DNA of 64,000 bases from Callorhinchus milii. Its lineage: Eukaryota. Position 1 is the stretch's first letter; each line of letters begins with the position of its first letter. Of the stretch, positions 54,101 to 60,100 are shown in pieces. The notes under the pieces are model-generated. The model worked only from the letters and a program-made list of their open reading frames with translations, was not told where the DNA came from and did not search any database. The stretch lies in NCBI RefSeq assembly GCF_018977255.1, contig NW_024704742.1, positions 97,156,001 through 97,220,000 on the forward strand, written 5' to 3'. The position numbers were made by a program, and so were the translations under genes.

Positions 54101-57100
54101 CACTTACTGCATCATACACGATTTCTAGTGGCTGTGATCCCACCCTTAGCCGCTGATCAGCATTTTCATCTAACGGATTGGTCTCAAACATGATTTTGAG
54201 CAGAGGGCCTTCACTCTCAGCTGCAACATTCCGTGAAGAGAGTAAACATGGTGTATAACTATTCTGAAGTAGTCCTGTCACTTCAAATGTGTTTATCTGT
54301 GCTTCTAACCTATAAAAAAATTGAAAATCTTATAACATAATTCACATTTCAAATCAATATACTAGATGATAAATAATCATTTTGCGAACTCAATGCAGTG
54401 CTCATACTGCATATTTCGTATTTAGAATGACTTAACACCAAATGTGCAATATAAACAGTAGTTCAGGAAGCACGAATTAAGCTCAAATCCACTCCTTAAA
54501 CTACCTGGAGGAAGTTGTGTCAGGAATGGTGTGCTATTTGCAAAACCCATTGAGTTGCTCCCCCTCACCCCATTATATGCGATCCATGCAAGCTCTGTGT
54601 TCAAATGTAACAACTTGCATTTATATAGCACCCTTCATGTGGGGCAGTGGCTCAGAGCACTTGAAGTGCCGGAGTCTGACCCCCGAGCCAGGGGGAGGAG
54701 GGTGGAGGTGACCGTAAGCACAATCAAAAAGGAAGGTCTTTAGGCTGGATTTGAAAGTGGGAGAGGGGGCAAGACAGAGGGATTGAGCAAGAGTTCCAGA
54801 GTTTCGAGGCTTAGTGGCTGAAGCCATGGCCACTGATGGTGGAGCAAAGGGGATGAGAGACGAACAGGAGCCTCTTGTTTATCCCTCTACAGTAACAGTA
54901 ACACTAACACTAAACGTAAAACTAAACAAAATATTAACACTGTACACAATATTGGTGTTCTACCCGTTTTCCCATGTAAAATATTCTGAGATCAGGTGCT
55001 ATTTAATCTATTTAAACTCCTAATTCAAATAATGAGCATGAAGCTCTATTTTTTAATGCTCCCAGGAAGACAGTATATTCTGTGAAGGGCTGAGATGTCT
55101 CGTAGACGTGATAAGGTGCTATGTCAAATACAAGAAAATGCAAATGTAAGGACTATTATCTTCACTCCTGGAAATAAAACTTGTTGGATTGGGCAATTTC
55201 AAATACAGCAAAGGATTTCTCAAATTTTTCAATATCAATTTCACAATGTGGTTGCTTTGGCACAATTCCATTAGGAATTGAAATACTTTGTTTCAGTTTG
55301 TTTCCCTAACATTTAGTTGATGATGAGTTCAGCCACACAACTTGGGAGCTAATTTAAATACCGATAGCTTTTGATGGTATCCAACCTCTTTAATCTTTTA
55401 GTAAATCTTTAAGAAATAGGAACAGGAATGTAAGCCTATGAAAAAAGTTCTTCATATGAAAATAAGTTAAGGAATTGGCATCTCCCTCTTTTTGGTACCA
55501 TAGAATGTCATCTATAGAAAGAATTAATAATGCAGGTTCAATAATTAGATTTAAATTCCTGGAGTTTTGGCACAGTAATACTTTACAGAGTTTGTCTTCT
55601 TTTTTTTAAACTTGTGGTTTGCCACCTTCCCCGGATTAGATAAAATGAGTAAAACCTAATCTTAATTTCAAGTTTTACAAGCTTTTTTTGCATATAAGAA
55701 TTACAAATGTTAATTTTTTTTCACAGTTAATATCTTATCAGACAGGGTAATGCTAGAGAAAAAATATTACAATGAAATCTATGAGTTGAAAGGTCGAACG
55801 GAAACAAACAAAGTATTAATATTCACTGCAACAATTACAAGCCTTGAATTACTTAAAAATGTAAAACCTACTTGATTGCTTGTGCTCCTGGTCTCTGGGT
55901 CAGCACTGTGCTTAAATCCATTACAACAATTTTCATAATTGTTGGCGCCAATTTTTCTTCTTTAATGGAAAAGGACATGCTTTGTAGGCTCACATAGATT
56001 TTCAATGCTTCATACTAGAGTTAAGAAATAATAAAGTGGCCAATGGTTATTTTCAGTTAATATACAATATATGCAATTTTAATTAAGATATAGTCATTTC
56101 AAAATTAGATTATTATTGATTTATCTAGTTAAGTCATTTATATTTACAATCCTCCTGTCAAATTCACAGTGATAGCAACATAAATTCAGTGCAAATGCCA
56201 GCATAGAGTAGCTGAATTATACTGATAATAATAATAATGATAATCTTTAATAATCACGTCGTTAAGACAACAACAACAAAATTACATTTGTAAAGCACCT
56301 TTCATGTCAGGAGAACGACCCAAAGCGCTGAGAAGACGTTTTAAAGCGCTTCACAGAATATACTGTAAAGCAAATTTACTGTGTTTTTGAGCAAAACGCA
56401 GTAGCCAATTGTGCACAGCAGCGTCCCACAAATAGTTCTGGATTGAATGACCAATTTTTTTTTGAGGAATTGTTACCCCCAGAAAGCAATCTACCAATCA
56501 ACTAAAAAAACGGGTTCCTACTTAGTGCTAGATAAACAGAAATGTGTAGAGTAAGGAAACTTGCCCAAGGTTTTGCCCTGCCCAGGAATCAAACTGGGTC
56601 TTCTCACTTGCAAGGTGAGCGCGTTAACCACTACTCCACTTAAAACTGTCTTGCCTATATTTATTTGCTATTAACTGCTTTTAGTTGTTGCACAAAAAGA
56701 AAAATTAGATCATAGGATTTTAGTTCAGTATAACAGTTCTTCCAAAAGTAACAACAAAATTACATTTATAGAGTGCCTTTTACTTATGGAGGAAGTCCCA
56801 AGGCGCTGCAGTCAGGGGTCAGGACCCGATCATGCGGGAGGGATGGGGTAGGATGAGGGAAGGCAGAGAGATGGGAGGGCAATCGAAGGCACGATCGAAG
56901 AGAAGGGTCTTGAGACCGGCCTTGAAGGAGGTAAGGGAAGAAACGAGGGGATGGGATTGTGGGATGGAGTTCCAGAGCGTGGGGGAAGAGAGGCTGAAAG
57001 CCCGGCCACCGATGGTAGGGTGGGTCAGGCGGGAGACATGGAGCAGGCCAGAGCCCGATGAACAGAGGGAGCGGGCAGGTTGGTAGGGAGTCAGCAGGTC

Positions 57101-60100
57101 AGAGAGCTCAAAAGCACATGAATTAGAAGCAATTAAAAATGAGGTTTACCAAATTAACAAAAAATAATATAAAACTGTATATAAGAACATAAGATTTAGG
57201 AGCAGAAGTAGTCCATTCAGCCCCTCGAGCCTGCCCCGCCATTCAATAAGATCATGGCTGATCTATTCTAACTCCACCTACCCGCCTTATCCCCATATCC
57301 CTTGAACCCTTTATCCACAAGAATATGAAAAGCAATACTGTATTATCTGGACTACTTCTCTATTTCTTATTCTTTTAGCTTTGCAGATTCTACCAAATAC
57401 CGAATTATAAAGTGTTCAAAACATCACAGTTTAAAACCAGAAAGAGAAAGCATGGTGTGTCTATTCAAATAGCCCAGAATACTGAATTTATAGTGGTTAA
57501 TAAACAGTAATGTTTAGTCAGCAGCTTTCCGTGGTTTCATTTATTATAGTTTATGAATTGATTGTGTAAAGCAAATTTACAAACATACTCTTTTTGGCAC
57601 AGTCGGGTCCACTGCAGCTTCACTGTATCCAATTGCTGCATAGAGTTTGGATTTCTCTTCAGGTGTCATTAATTCACTGATTCCTGAAGCAAAAATGTAA
57701 AATAAAATATATGAAAATCAAGTTATTTCATAAATGTGACATGTCCAAATGATATTGCAGTCTATGCTGAGGTACATGTAATGTAACAGGTTTTAATAAT
57801 AATATAGTGCCTTTCACAACAGAAGGGCGTCTCAAAGCGCTTCACAGAATTTATTGTGGAGTTGCTGTGTATTTATTTGTAGGCAATCTCTACCAGATCA
57901 ACCAAAATGTATTTTTTGGTAAACGTATCACCAAAACCCCATCTGGGATGCAATCCTGGTAGGTTTAATCCAGGTACTCATTGACAAGAGTACAACCTTA
58001 CTCAAGCAATGGATTAAACAAAAACTCAAATCTCTGTACAATACTCATCTCCATCATTTTGCTAACTCAATTATACAATGAACAGTACCACAGGAAACAG
58101 CACAATAATCTCAGAGCATTCCAACAAAGACATCCTAGGAATGAGAGAAAAGTGAATACTAAAGAAGAATCTACATTGAAATACAACTCACAACTAATAC
58201 CAAGTTTGATTTATGGCTCCAAGGGAACAAAATGTGGAAACATGACATGAGATACCAGGAAAAAAAAGAAAAAAAATCAAAAAAACATACTGGAAGCCTA
58301 AAGTCAAAATATCACTTTCAGAGGTGAAAAAAATCTATTTAGGAATAAATAATTGAACAAAACAAATAAGCTTTTTCATTAACTTGAACACTGAGCAATA
58401 ACAATCAGTGAAGCCTTATTATAGTGTGGTGTTTGAGATCCATAAAATCTCAAATCATGTCATAGTGAAGCACATTAGTAGGGTTGATTGCACACTCACG
58501 TAACAAATCAGGACTGCAGGGTTGTTCTTGGCAGTTTCCATGCTAAAAGAATGGCCGATGTCCATGCACAAAGCAGGAAATTACATTACTGGGGGCCTGA
58601 TGACCTAGCAGTTTGGCATTTAATTTGGTGCAGGAAGCTAAAATGGCCAACATTTGGGTGATCAGGTCACCAACATCACTTCCTACATTCACAAAAACAA
58701 AGAACATGACGTCCAAGGAGACCATTGTGGAAGAACCAATAAACAATAAAGATTGTGTGCATTAATGGGGTCTACAGTACAACTAACTGCATATATAAGC
58801 AAATTCATGCTAAGATGAAGTGTGTTTTGATGGGGTTACTATGCAATTTCTAATTTTTTTTCCAAGAAAAGGCCGATGTCCTCTGGTATGTTTCTCCCAA
58901 TAAATGACAAGAAATATCCTATCCAAATTACATGAAGAATCCCAGTTCCTTTTCAAAGAATTGGATCACACTAGTCATCCAAACGTCTAATGTAAATGTT
59001 ATTTTTCTTTTACCTGTTTTTGTTTCTTGTAGTTTCTCATCTTTTGCTCCTCCCCAATTCCACATCCAATCGAACCATCCTCCACCTTTTTCGTCTTCAA
59101 CAGCTACACCTGGTCTGTAAATCTTAAAACCCGCTTTCATCGCCTAAAATTTTTTAAAAAGTAATTTACCAGTCAGCACATTTTAGTTGCATTATTTTCA
59201 AAACACTTTTTGAATTGCTAATAAACTATCCAGGGCAGAGTAATAAACAATAACAAAAAACTTTAATTGAGTCATTATATAACCACTGTAATCAGTTTGT
59301 CATTCATATTACCTAAATTGTTGCAACATGGCGGACTGAGATATTGCAATAAATCTAAGATCAAAATAAAAACAATTTAAAAAATTTTTTCCCCAAAATA
59401 CCTCCATTTCTGCTTGTTGTCTTGCCAGTGTAATGTTAAACAAATCAAGGTCCTCTTCAAGTTCCTGAAAATAAAAATACTCATGAATGAAGAGGTACTG
59501 AAGATGATTAGCATTTATTTGTTTAATAACCAAAATGACAACCAAAATATGTAACAAAGTTAATGGATCTGTTTTATGTTATTCAATAACAATATCAATT
59601 GTGTACTCTGCTTTATAAGAAAAAAGATCACTATTTTTAGTTAACCTCCACTCTCAAATATCAATTGCTGGAATCATAAACCATTCTAATGTCTGAAGTC
59701 AAATATTGAATTACAGTAACATAAACCACTAACATCAATTTCTTGCACAAGGTCATCATCTGGTTTCATTGTTGTAATCTTTGTTTTGTAACATCCCTTA
59801 TATCTCTTTATTTTCTGCCTGTGCTTTTGAATGTGTTTCCAAGACCATGATTCAAAGACAGGCTTTACATCTTCTTCCAAAATACCATTGATAGCATATT
59901 TCCACCTAATAAAATATAAGAAACAGTGCAATTCCACATCTTAAAAATACAACAGAACATTTTTACAAAAACGCAGCTGAGTAGTTCCACTGGATTTTGG
60001 AGCTGGGGATGTACAACATCTCTTGCATTTTGAGCTGGAGGTGAGGTTTGTTGGAAGTGAGATTTGTTGGAGGTGAGGTTTATTGGAGGGACTAAAGAGG

